This document shows, one piece after another, positions 1 to 10,963 of a stretch of 56,797 nucleotides of DNA (position 1 is the stretch's first letter; every line of letters starts with the position of its first letter). This DNA is from Chrysochromulina tobinii (taxonomy: Eukaryota). Below the pieces are notes generated by a model, which saw only the letters and a program-made list of their open reading frames with translations, was not told where the DNA came from and made no database searches. The position numbers and the translations under genes are program-made. Location of the stretch: the NCBI GenBank assembly GCA_001275005.1, contig JWZX01003397.1:1-56797 (forward strand). Reading direction: 5' to 3'.

Positions 1-709
1 GCAGCGACGCCGTCAGGTCTGCGATGTCGTGCTTCTTGAGCGAGATGAGCGACGTGATGCCTGCGCGCTGGAGGGCGTCGAGGAGGCCGTCGAGCCCGGC
101 GTCCGTGATCGCCTCGACGAAGGAGGAAGCCGCCTTGGGCGTCATCATCGTGCGGCCGGTGAAGGGTGAGGAGCGACGCAGCCGCGGGGACGTCCCGGTC
201 GGCACGGAGGGCGCCGCGACGACAGGAGCTGCCGGTTTTGGTCTTGGAACGGTAGCGTTAGCTGGTTTCTCGACGGGGACGGTCGCCGCAGGGGCCTCCT
301 CGTCGGACGACTCGGGCTCCGCGGGTTCCGCCTCGGGTTGTGAGACCGCTGCCTCGTCGGCCGACTGGTGTGCGGTGCCGAACGCGTCGAGGGCTTCTTG
401 TTTTGACGTCCAGAGCATCAGGGTGGCGTTTGGATCGATTCCGGAGCGAGTGGCGTGGTTGTGGAACTCGGGCACGTTGTCGAGGAGGTCCAGCGCCGAC
501 AAGACGTCGATTTCGATCCAAGCGGGCGGCTCGCCTACGAGCGCGCGCGCGGACTCGACCTGCTTGGTGCGACCGAGTTTGGTAAATTCTATCATGATGT
601 CTGATCCGATCCAGTGCTTGAGCCTCACTTCTGCGAATGCCTCCGCATGCGACTCGTTGGTCAACACTGACATCGACTCGATGGTTAGTCGCTTCGCCGA
701 GGAAGACAT
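1..709 (-). CDS. Hypothetical protein, runs off the left edge (3' partial); Pro/Ala/Glu-rich linker and a SAM-like segment; possibly ORF1 of a mobile element
   Basis: Open minus frame from ATG 709 to the window edge: MSSSAKRLTIESMSVL...FVEAITDAGLDGLLDALQRAGITSLISLKKHDIADL. It is not in the ORF track because it has no stop in the window. The + ORF 24..800 is its antisense shadow. Confidence 0.55.
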   Translation of the reverse strand, partial: MSSSAKRLTIESMSVLTNESHAEAFAEVRLKHWIGSDIMIEFTKLGRTKQVESARALVGEPPAWIEIDVLSALDLLDNVPEFHNHATRSGIDPNATLMLWTSKQEALDAFGTAHQSADEAAVSQPEAEPAEPESSDEEAPAATVPVEKPANATVPRPKPAAPVVAAPSVPTGTSPRLRRSSPFTGRTMMTPKAASSFVEAITDAGLDGLLDALQRAGITSLISLKKHDIADLTASL

Positions 710-1087
710 CGCAACCAAAGGGGCGGCTGCTGGGCTCCCGCCTTCGGACCGGACGCGCGGCACTCGCGGCGGTCCGACCCGGATCGACCGCTGGAGCTAG
801 CGCCGCCGCGGCGATTCCACACCGAACTATGCATGCATGCGCGAGACCCGTCTCGCGCCCCGGGGGGGAGACTCACGCCCCCCTACCAGGGCCCCCGCAT
901 CCGCGCTGAGACGAGCGCGACCTCCGCCGAGCGACGGCGGACGCGCCCCTGATTGATTGCGCGTGTGGTTTTAGTAATCAGAAAGAGGCACTTCTCTGGG
1001 CTTCTCTGGGGAGGGGAGGTCGGAGGGGAGTGACCACAAGTGCAAGCACAAGGATGAACGCCCGCGCGGCCGCCAGTGTGCTCACAC

Positions 1088-2353
1088 TCACAGATCGGCC
1101 GTTATTCGCGCGCCGTCCGGCCTCGCGTGTCGCCGCGGCACAGTGGCAGTGCGCCTCACATTCTCACATTCTGGGAGAGGACCCAACGACAACGCTTCAG
1201 CGACGTGCCGGGCGAGGGAGAGCGAAGCGGTCAGGCCTGGCGACTCGATGCCAAAGAGGTTGACTAAGCCGCGAACGCCGTGCTCCTTGGGGCCTACGAG
1301 GGCGAAGTCTCTGTTGGGCTGGCCGGGAGGCTGTATCTTGGGGCGAATGCCTGCGTAATCTGGAACTAAGGCGCCATCGGGCAGCGACGGCCAGTACTTG
1401 CGCACCTCGGCATAGAAGGCGTCAGCTCGTAACGGGTCCACCGCGAGATCCTCGGCCCCACTCACCCACTCCACGTCTGGTCCGAATCGGCAGCGGCCCG
1501 CGAGATCGACTGTTGCATGCACTCCGAGTCCGGCTTGCTGTGGCACCGGATACACGAGGCCGCGGAAGGGCGACGGTCCCGTGAGCGAGAAGTAGTTCCC
1601 CTTGGCGTAGTATTCCGTCGGAACCAGCGCAGCCGCTGTGCTCGACCTAGGTCTGTGAATGAGACTGTAATTGTGCATTGCTCGCGCGAGTGCAGGCGCG
1701 CCGTGACCGGCAGCATTCACTACCTCGTCGCACTCAACATCGCACTCAAGGTCCTCGTCAGCATTCCGCGTTTGAATCAACAGCCGGCCATTTGGCAACT
1801 CCCTGGCACCGCAAACGCGTGTGCCAAACGAGAAATCCGTGCCATTCGATTCGGCATCGCTCAGGAGCGCAAGCATCATTCCATGACTGTCCACAATCCC
1901 AGTCGCAGGCGAGAGGAGCGCACCAACGCACCGCACTTCCGGCTCGCGCTCCGCCACCTCCTCGCGTGTGAGGAAGCGCAATGCTGCTGGACCATCAACC
2001 CCATTGCGCCGCGCTATCGATGCGATGTGCTCGAGCATCGGCATCTCGGAGGGCTCTGTGGCAACGATGAGTTTCCCAACTCGCTGTGCGTTCACACCGT
2101 GATCCTCACAGAAACGATAGAGCAACTGGCGGCCTTCGACGCACGTTCGTGCCTTGAGAGAACCGTAAGGATAGTAGATGCCCGCGTGGATTACCTCAGA
2201 GTTTCTGGACGAGGTTCCGGTGCCAAAGCTGCGAGCTGCCTCGAGGACGAGGACCTCACGGCCTCGGAGCGCGAGCTGTCGTGCAATCGCGAGCCCAACG
2301 ACTCCAGCACCGATCACACATGTCTGCACACGGAAGGTTTGAGATGCAGCCAT
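1088..2353 (-). CDS. L2HGDH: L-2-hydroxyglutarate dehydrogenase (FAD-dependent, DAO/LhgO family)
   Basis: Motifs VIGAGVVGLA, TSSRNSEVIHAGIYY, GKLIVA, LLSPATGIVDSH, AKGNYF, GLGVHAT, FGPDVEW, YAGIRPK and LFGIESPGLTASL. Likely start is MAASQTF at 2353. Confidence 0.93.
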   Translation of the reverse strand: MAASQTFRVQTCVIGAGVVGLAIARQLALRGREVLVLEAARSFGTGTSSRNSEVIHAGIYYPYGSLKARTCVEGRQLLYRFCEDHGVNAQRVGKLIVATEPSEMPMLEHIASIARRNGVDGPAALRFLTREEVAEREPEVRCVGALLSPATGIVDSHGMMLALLSDAESNGTDFSFGTRVCGARELPNGRLLIQTRNADEDLECDVECDEVVNAAGHGAPALARAMHNYSLIHRPRSSTAAALVPTEYYAKGNYFSLTGPSPFRGLVYPVPQQAGLGVHATVDLAGRCRFGPDVEWVSGAEDLAVDPLRADAFYAEVRKYWPSLPDGALVPDYAGIRPKIQPPGQPNRDFALVGPKEHGVRGLVNLFGIESPGLTASLSLARHVAEALSLGPLPECENVRRTATVPRRHARPDGARITADL

Positions 2354-3012
2354 GGCCGTTTGCGCCCTGCGGGGCGACGGATGGCCCCGTGAAGAACTGA
2401 AGAGTTCTTTTCGGGCGATGTTTTCCAAGGCAAAAATAAACATGCGTAGTCACATGTGAATTGGTATCCTCCCCGCACACAAAAATGGTCAGACAGGCCC
2501 ATGAAACGTTTACCGAAGTGCAACCATCCCTCTACATGTACCGGGTACAACGGTACATGCATCCGGGCATTGAATGTGTGAATCGGCCGCAAACGAGCTC
2601 ACTCAGTCTAATCAGTCTGGTTGGATACATGTAACATGGTCATGGATTGTATACTGTAGCTTCCTAAGATAGCTTATAGGGCAAGTTCTACATGTAGGGC
2701 CTACTCTGCCAAGGGGGGGTTCTAGCCGCCCGATGGTCGCCCGCCTCGTTAGGTACGGTCCGGTGAGACAAAAGAAAATTTTTCTACATGTAGGGCCTAA
2801 ACTAGCTCCTAGGGGAGTGGAGCGTGGCTCACACGTCACTAATTTTTTTGACGCAACGAAACTCATGAACGCGGTTGTACCCGGTATGCACCCGGCCCGT
2901 GCCATCCCGAACTAAAACTTTGGTGACGCCTCGTAAACATCTCGCCCTCCGGTCTGTTGCGGCGAGCCGCGTCAAAACGAACACACGATGGCGCACCGAA
3001 GCCCCTCGGCGT

Positions 3013-5506
3013 ATGCACTGCGGTGCCTCCAATAGGACTGCTCGTCCCGCAATCGCAGCCGAGGACACACCTCGTGCTCGCGCTCTGCCTTCTTCGGACA
3101 GAGGTTTGAGCGCCCCAGCATCACCTCTGCCGTTGAGTACTTTGACGCAGCCCACTCTGCCAGTCAATGGCAAGGCACCTCATGGTCTAGGTCGGGAGAT
3201 GAAAGCAAGTGATCGCAAGCAACCCTACGCTCTCAGTGGCCATTCCGAGTACGTGATGCAGGCCGTGCGCGACTTTTTTAAGGTGCGCGACGCAAATGCA
3301 CTCATAGAGGTATTCCGCCATCATGATACTGACCAATCGGGCACTCTTGAATACGACGAGTTTCGAAGAGCGCTTTCGCAGATCAATCTGGAGCTGACAG
3401 AGAAAGACTGTAAGACTCTCTTCCATATCGCCGACACGGATGGCTCCGGCAAGCTCGAGTTTGCAGAATTTTTCAACAACTTCCGCAAAGACGGCTACGA
3501 GCATGCCGTAAAGACGCGGCGCCAACCCTTCTTCTGGTCTTCGGCTCGGCCGCGAGAACTGCTGCCGCATAATGAGCGGCTGAATTTAGAAGCCGAGATC
3601 TTTGGAAAGCCATCCACTCAGCGGACACGTGACGAGTTGCTGGAAATGATCCAATCCAAGGTTGACTGCGCGTCTAACGTGCGCGAAACCTTCGCGCGGT
3701 TCGATTTCGACGGAGATGGCCGCATGTCGGCGAAGGAGTTTGTGAAGGTGATCCGTGCTCTGCAGGTCGACGTCACAGAGTCGCAAGCAGAACAAGTAAT
3801 CTCCGCCATCAACGCCTTCTCCGGTTCAGAGATGCGCACGCATATCACCTACGCGGCCTTCGCGCGTGCCTTTGACCACAATGCTCCAGTTCTTGGAAGC
3901 GATGTGAAGGACATGGCAGACACGACCAACGTCGAGCCCAATAATCAAGCTTCCCCTGCGATCACAGATGCTGAGAACGATGCCGTCAAAAGCCAACTCA
4001 ATGATGGAAAGGTTGGGTGGGGAGCGAGTCCAACTGCACGCCCCCTCATTAACCCCCTGCATGTAACGAGCAGCTACCAGGGTGTTGCCAAATGGCCTGC
4101 TATCGATCCCACTGCACGTCCCCTCACGAGCATACTCGGCCCCAACGACGGAGCCGCTGCGGCCCATCCGGCGTTCCGTTCGCCCGTATGTTCTCCACGA
4201 TGGGTAAGTTCTCCTCGTCGAGACCAAGAACTGCAGCCGATGGGCGATAGAACCTGGACCACCGAAATCTTTTCAGCGCCCGAGGGGCCGAAACCCCGTC
4301 GACAGAATCACGATCATGGCACGCATGTCCCCACGTGCGAAGGCGCTCGAGAATACCATGCCGCAAACGGCATTCAAAGAGAGGCGCCCATCACCCGCCG
4401 CTGAGGTAGCTATGGCCTCCGTCCCACAGCAGGCGCAACGCCTTGACATGCTGTCTGAATGGCGTGGTCACGATGGCATGGGTGGGGTGAACACGCACTT
4501 AGGCGAGAATGGCTTCATGGCGCTCGGCCGCAGTATTGACTGGAACAAGTACATTCCGAAGCGGGAGCTGCCTGCGGTGGCGCTCTTCCGGCCACCTCGC
4601 GCAGAGCCAGTCGAGTGGCTTCCTCCTCTGACGGTGGCGGGCTATGCGCGCGGCGTGGCAGCACCGGACCCGCCTGACTTGTTTTCGAACGACCCTGCTT
4701 TAGTCGCATCTTCCGCGGCAGTGAAGGCCGTTGAACTTTCGCGTCGTTTCACGGGAGCCGTGGGCGTGCAAAAGGTCACCCCACGCAGACCCGAACTGTC
4801 ACCGGGCTGGACCACGCCGCGTGCCTCGCTGCGCGACGTCGATGCTTTCCAGAAGACGACGGACGTCAGGGAGAGTCTCGTTCCACAGACAGGGAGCCCT
4901 GCTTTCGCGCGCGACCCCGAGCGCCACAAACGAGCCGAGCCCGAGCTCCTCGTGGAGCAAAGGCACAAGCGCGAGCAAGCGCTATCGATTCGAAAGGCGA
5001 AGGAAGATCGTGCGATGAAGAGGCAGCAACAGCTCGACGAGTTGGTGGCCGAACGAGACGATGCTGTGACGCGGCATGGCATTTCCCTAAAGGTCGATAA
5101 GGAAATGGTGAACCGACGTGTAGCTGATTTGCAGCTCGTGACTGATTCGAGGCTGGGGCTCGACCAAGGCCTTCGAAAGGTGTTGCTTGAGCCGCCACCG
5201 GTTCCGGCGTGGGAGAAGCCGGCTGTCCCTTCTTTGGTGTCCCATGTGCGCGCCATCGTCACTCGTACCAATCACCACGCTGTGCTCACATTCTCATCAC
5301 CTGCGTCGCGATTCTTGTTGCTACTGCAGTGGCAGACAATCAGCGGGCAGCACCTAGATCCGCCTGCCCGTCAGCACTCTAAGATGATATTGAGTTACCG
5401 CAAGGAATTTCCGAACGCTCAGAGGCGGCCAAATACCCCTAGCACGCCACAGTGGGGTGGATGTGTGCAGCCTGGTGTGAACTCGGGTATCCGCATGGCG
5501 AGCTGA
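3013..5506 (+). CDS. EF-hand calcium-binding protein; one gene joining ORFs 2875..4404 and 4316..5506
   Basis: EF loops DTDQSGTLEYDE, DTDGSGKLEFAE and DFDGDGRMSAKE. A canonical 73-nt intron 4204-4276 (GTAAGT...TTTTCAG) joins the two frames. A probable in-frame 84-nt intron lies at 5246-5329 (GTGCGC...CTGCAG). Start codon uncertain. Confidence 0.75.
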
Positions 5507-5887
5507 AGACTAAAGCTGAGACCAGGGGAAAGGGGCTCGGAGGGTGCCTCAAATACGCACACACGTCGCCACGAGCGTTGGCGGGTCGGGATCGTAAGGA
5601 AGCCATGCCCATAGTCGTTCCTTTCTTTAGATGAGGCACTCGTTAAGGCTTAAGGCACTCCGAGTGCACAAGACACCGCCGGGCAGGCCGCAGAGGGGAC
5701 GGCACCAATTGCCCACATATGCCGTCAACTCGGCGTCTGCTGTATGACACTTACATCATGCAACGTCGTGAAAGTCCTGTATTGTACCGGTATCAGCCCA
5801 GTAATAATTAATTATTCGCGATGAACGGACGCGCGCTGGAAACCCTGTTCGCGCTCTTTGCGCTTCCTTTGACAAGACGACTGCCTC

Positions 5888-8767
5888 ATGAGCGCCACAC
5901 CGAGGACCGCCCCCAGCGCCCAAGGTCCAAAGCTGTGGGCAAATGTACTTGTCAAGGATGGTCAGCCCATTCGGCTTCCGCCGGTCGGATCACGAACAGA
6001 CAGCGGCAGACCACCCCAAACTGCACCAACGCTTCGACGAGCTGGAGGTTGGGATGCAACCATTGCCGATCTTAAGCAGCAAGTTCTGACCACGAAAGCG
6101 ACGAGAGAGCAGCAGCAGGCCAAGCTAATCAGTGGCTACGTCGGAACGATGCACAATCAGGTCGACAACGTGGCAGTGCAGCAAGAAATAATCCTGGCCC
6201 TATGCCAGATCGTGGGCACCGGCCAACTACCAGCCATTCGGGCCCTCGCACAGTGTGGCGGTCTCGATGCAATCGTCTTGGCTATGAGGGTTCATTTAAG
6301 CGCACCCGATATACAGCAGCGAGCCTCGACCGCGCTCGCGCAAGTTGCATCAGTCGACAACAAATGCCGACACCTGGTCATTGAGATTGGCGGCATCCAA
6401 TCTCTCGTGGCTGCCATGACCATGCATCAAGATCTAGCTATCTTGTGCATTCGCTGCTGCACTGCTCTCGCCACGCTCGCCGTTGGTGACGACGAGAGCA
6501 AGAATGCGTGTATTCAGCACGGCGTGATCCAGGTTACAGTGTCAGTAATGCGCGAACACCTAAGAGTGGCAGTCATCCAATCCACCGGCTGCGCCCTGAT
6601 CAGCGCCATCGCAGCGGGAAACTTAGTCCACAAGCTTGCGGCGGTGGCACAAGGCGCTTGCCTTGCCATCGCGCGCGCAATGGATGGCCACATCGAGCAC
6701 GTCGACGTCCAGATGCAGGGATGCACGGCGACCGAGAGACTGAGCCAGGGTGACGCTCATTGCATCGCATCACTTGTCTCGAGCCGCTGCATCGCCAAGA
6801 CTCAGCGTGCCGTGCGTCGGCGGCCGTGCGACGTTCGGTTTGCACACCTAGCCGTCAGCACGTTTGCCAATGCGACCAAGGCCGACGATCGCACCATTGC
6901 AGAGATGGCAACCTCGCGATTCTTTCTTGTGCTCAAAACCGTATTGAAGCACCACCTTGATCGGTACCAGGTGGCCGAGCGCGGCTTGGCGGTCCTCTGC
7001 AACCTACTGACTAGCGGGAAGCAAGTAGCCGACCGCCTATTGCAAAGTGGAGCACTTCACATCGTCCGAGGTGCTGCAATTGCAAATGCGATGAATAAAC
7101 ACGCGCTGGACCAGGCATGCCGCTGTGTTCTCAACGCTTCGACTGGCGATACCGAGTCCAAGGCCTTCATCATCAACAGCCACTGTCACAGAGACGTCCT
7201 TTTGGCCTCGATGCGCAGTCACAGCGACGACGCAAATTTGGCAGAACTCTCTATTTCCGCCCTCGCAAATCTAGTGGCTGGCAGCGAGGCTGATGAGGAC
7301 GAGGACGAGGAAAGCAGTCAGGCTCCTGCTCCTGTCCCTGACGCTCGAAGTCGGCCGATTACGTCGCACTCGCGCTCGCGGCCAGGGACCTCGCAAGATG
7401 CCCGATTGAACGGTGCGGCCGATCAGCACGCGAGGGACATGGCCTTCATCCGCCAGGCAATCGTCGAAGAGAGTGCCGTCAGTATCGTGCTCGGTGCAAT
7501 GGTGGTGCACACCTACTGCCAACCAGTCGTTGAGGAGGCAGTTGCGTTTGTCCGCAACCTCGCGGCTGGCAATCACAAATGCAGAAGCGCCATCGTAGAG
7601 GCCAATGGCCTCCGCCATCTTATCAAGGCAATAAAACAGCATGGCACGTCCGAGGCTATCGCAGAGCTTGGATGTTTGGCGTTGCGGAATATTGCCAGCG
7701 GTACCACCGAGCACCTTGCTGGTGTCATGGCCGCTGGAGGCATCGAGTGTATCGTTTCGAGCCTCCGACGCCACACATGCTCTTCTACGGTGGTTTACGC
7801 TGGGCTCGCCGCGCTGCGCAACCTTGCAGTGGCCGAGTGGGAGAACGATCGCAATCCTCAGCCCGTACGTTCGCTCAGCGCCATTATCGACGCTGACGGC
7901 ATAAGTGCCATCGTCGAGGTAATGGGCGCGCATATCAACAACGCAAACGTGCAGCTGCAAGGATGCGCTGCTCTGCGCAACATCGCCTGCGGCACGCCGG
8001 GCGATGGCAAGGCACGCATGTTTGCGCTGGAGTCCATCTCGTCGGGCAAAGGAATCGAAGCAATCTCGACGGCCATGAATGCTCACACGCACGTGGCATC
8101 CGTTCAAGCACAAGGTTGCGCAGCGTTTCGCAACATTGCGTGTGGCCACGAGTTGGATCGGCAGCCGCTCATGTCGAACGGGGTGCTCGCAGTCGTCATG
8201 GGTGCAATGGGTGCAATGAGACTGCACCGCACGCACGCCGAGACCCAGCTGCAGGCGTCGGCGTGTTTGGCGAATCTGATCCTTGCGCCTGAACGTCCTC
8301 TTGAGCCCTCGGCGTTGCAGGAAGAAGCGTGGCTTAAGGCATGCGAAATGGCACACAGGTTAGCGACCGCAGCCGTCGATGGGGGAGCGCTGACGCTGCA
8401 GGCGACAACACTCCATACCCACTTCCGTAACAGAGCCGTCGTTGTCCAAGTCTGCTCAAGCCTTTCTGCATTATTCGCAGCCCCGCCAGCAAAACTTGAC
8501 CAGCAAGCCCTCGTGACGCAGTTCTGTGCCCTCGATGGCGCCCTGCAAGCGCTGATAGATGTGGTGCCGTTCCACGAGAACGATGAGGGCGTTTTCGGCC
8601 AAGCGATCGCGTGCCTCGGGCAGATAGTTCTTTGCCTTTCCAGTGACGAGATGAAGCTCATTTGCAGGGCGAGCGAGCTGAAGCGCGTGGTCATGAAGCG
8701 TCGCTCGATGGGAAAACTACCGTCGATGGTGAGAGATTCGCAGCTTTACGCGCTCCTTTGGTCTTGA
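5888..8767 (+). CDS. Armadillo (ARM)-repeat protein, 959 aa
   Basis: Many ~42-45 aa helical repeats such as GGIECIVSSLRRH...AGLAALRNLA and VQLQGCAALRNIA; long intact ORF. Confidence 0.85.
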   Translation: MSATPRTAPSAQGPKLWANVLVKDGQPIRLPPVGSRTDSGRPPQTAPTLRRAGGWDATIADLKQQVLTTKATREQQQAKLISGYVGTMHNQVDNVAVQQEIILALCQIVGTGQLPAIRALAQCGGLDAIVLAMRVHLSAPDIQQRASTALAQVASVDNKCRHLVIEIGGIQSLVAAMTMHQDLAILCIRCCTALATLAVGDDESKNACIQHGVIQVTVSVMREHLRVAVIQSTGCALISAIAAGNLVHKLAAVAQGACLAIARAMDGHIEHVDVQMQGCTATERLSQGDAHCIASLVSSRCIAKTQRAVRRRPCDVRFAHLAVSTFANATKADDRTIAEMATSRFFLVLKTVLKHHLDRYQVAERGLAVLCNLLTSGKQVADRLLQSGALHIVRGAAIANAMNKHALDQACRCVLNASTGDTESKAFIINSHCHRDVLLASMRSHSDDANLAELSISALANLVAGSEADEDEDEESSQAPAPVPDARSRPITSHSRSRPGTSQDARLNGAADQHARDMAFIRQAIVEESAVSIVLGAMVVHTYCQPVVEEAVAFVRNLAAGNHKCRSAIVEANGLRHLIKAIKQHGTSEAIAELGCLALRNIASGTTEHLAGVMAAGGIECIVSSLRRHTCSSTVVYAGLAALRNLAVAEWENDRNPQPVRSLSAIIDADGISAIVEVMGAHINNANVQLQGCAALRNIACGTPGDGKARMFALESISSGKGIEAISTAMNAHTHVASVQAQGCAAFRNIACGHELDRQPLMSNGVLAVVMGAMGAMRLHRTHAETQLQASACLANLILAPERPLEPSALQEEAWLKACEMAHRLATAAVDGGALTLQATTLHTHFRNRAVVVQVCSSLSALFAAPPAKLDQQALVTQFCALDGALQALIDVVPFHENDEGVFGQAIACLGQIVLCLSSDEMKLICRASELKRVVMKRRSMGKLPSMVRDSQLYALLWS

Positions 8768-9469
8768 CCTCGAGAGTCACAAATTTAGCCCGGGCTCCAC
8801 TCAGTCCTATATTCGTGCTGTGCCCGTCATATTTCGTCCCAGAAACGGGTTAAAACACGGACTATGGCCGGGTTCCGACCGAACCACAAGGAACCACAAA
8901 AGGAGCCTCCGCGCTGTACCCCAGTACCGAGGGACTCCGTATCGCATCGTTCGCGCATCGATACCCGATATCGAGCCATATTTATATCATGACACGCGAG
9001 TCCTAACCCTACGCCACGCGGTGGGGAGTCTTACTAGAAAGGGCGTGCAAAATGCCGATGTTTCATGTTACTCGTGCCGCCAACACGTCGTCATCATATC
9101 ACGCTGATTCATTGCATCTTACATGACTAATTATAACTCAAGGTAGTCCGCTCATGTCCGTGTAATACATGCAACATGGGGCGAAGCCTGATCTCCAAGA
9201 ACACTGAAGGGATTTGGACGAAACTCAAGCCAGAGGTGTCCCATGCTCTCCCATTGAGTTCCTTGTTGAGTTCTAGCTCAAAAATAGAACCCTATGGCTA
9301 TCGTGTTCACACGGGCTAGAAACTCACACGTACACACGGGCTTTGCCCAAGCGTTATAGAACAATAGAACTGTATTTAATCCTTGGTTGTACGCTAGTAC
9401 CGCCTCCGAGGTGCCGTGTGGTCCCGGCTCAAGTCAAGTCAAGCTCGAAAATCTACACTGTCCCATAGG

Positions 9470-10437
9470 ATGGCTTCACTGTTTCTACTCCTCACCTTCA
9501 ACGCAGCCTTGTTGTTGCCGCCCGCGCCCCTGCGCGATAGCAAGTCGGTGGCTGCTCTGAATGGCCACCGGCATACGGCCCCACGCATGGCCGAAGAGCC
9601 TCAAAGTGCGTCCGCTGACGACAAAGCCGCTGCCACTGCCGCTCCTGCTCCTACTGCCAAGTTCGACCTCAAATCGATAGCAAAGGAGGAAGCCAAGAAG
9701 GGCGCCGGCTTGTAAGCACCAAGCGGTGCCACTGACATGCACGCATCCGCCGCGCAACTCCATCTCTCTCGCTCTCACGCATTCCCTCTGTGTGCGCTCT
9801 TGGTGGCAGCAACCAGTTTGACCCGGTGCTGTCGGTGACTAGCTTCGTCTCTAGGCGATTCGGCCTCGCTGGAGGGTTGGCTGTCGTGGCTCTGCTCGCC
9901 TCTACCGAGGGTAACGAGATCCTCAAATCGCTCGGCGATAAGGGGCCAATTCCGGGCAGTGGCGAGGTGATCACGACCGCATCTGGTCTAGCATACAAGG
10001 ACGTGCTCATTGGCACGACAGGTGACCAGGTTGGGGTCATGGGTAGCATCGTGGGCATCAGGGCCAAGGTTTCCATCGCCGACAAGGTACTGTATGATAC
10101 AGCCGGCGAAAAACCCATCGCCTTTCGTTATGGAAAGCGACCGTTTGAGAACGTGCTCTGCGAGGGCGTCGAGCAAGGCGTCAAGGGCATGAAGGTGGGC
10201 GGCGTGCGGGAGCTGACGGTGCCGGCGTCCCTCGCGCCCAAGGGCCTCCAGGCCCAGCTCGAGGCCGCTGGCCGGCCACTCATCTACACGGTCGAGGTCA
10301 CAGAAGGTGCGCGCTAGAGGACGCAACGAACCTCGATGCATGGGACTGCTGCGGCTTCTCCTTCCACTGACGGTTCGAGTGCTGCCATCGTGTGTTGCCA
10401 TCGTGTGCCCCCCACAGTGCTGCCCGGTTACTTCTGA
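9470..10437 (+). CDS. Plastid FKBP-type peptidyl-prolyl isomerase (thylakoid-lumen FKBP-like), 3 exons
   Basis: Signal peptide MASLFLLLTFNAALL and a twin-Arg SRRFGLAGGLA segment. FKBP core TASGLAYKDVLIG...GVEQGVKGMKVGGVRELTVPASL. Introns 9712-9809 (GTAAGC..GGCAG) and 10307-10417 (GTGCGC..CACAG) give a continuous frame ending TEVLPGYF*. Confidence 0.85.
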
Positions 10438-10963
10438 TCGGGGTCCGCCAGTATAAGGCCCGCTATGGACCCACGTGTGGGACACACGGCACACACGTGT
10501 GACACAGCACACCTCCCCGGCAAGTACATGTACCACGCGGACAGGGCAAGAGGAAACGGTGACAGAGTTGAGTGGCAGTGCATAGCATCAACCAGATCGC
10601 GTTCGCGAAGGATGCGATGGTGTTAACACTTCTAAATAGTTGTGTGCTTGGGATTGTACAGGTTACTAGTGATGTGCGTAGCCGCACAAGTGCGTTTGTG
10701 GTTTGACGTTTGTCTAGAGTCTACGCATATGTCGACACGAACAAGCATGAACGCAACGGAACGACAATCACCCCTCCCGCGGAGTCCTTTTCGTATTTGT
10801 GGGGAATAATCACGACACAGTTGTTGATCGAATCAGGAAATTGCAAGTTCACAGCAGAAATTCCTCAGCTCAGGGAAGGTCAAGGTGTGTCGCACACAAG
10901 CGACAAAGCGCAAGATCGTGAGGCTTGCGTGCGAGGATCACGCCTCTAGAACCTATCCAAAGG

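Noticed and set aside
24..800. 258-aa + strand ORF
   Set aside because: Its composition is typical of an antisense shadow of the minus-strand ORF starting at 709.
4186..4404. Apparent frameshift or overlap between ORFs 2875..4404 and 4316..5506
   Set aside because: Fully explained by canonical intron 4204-4276.
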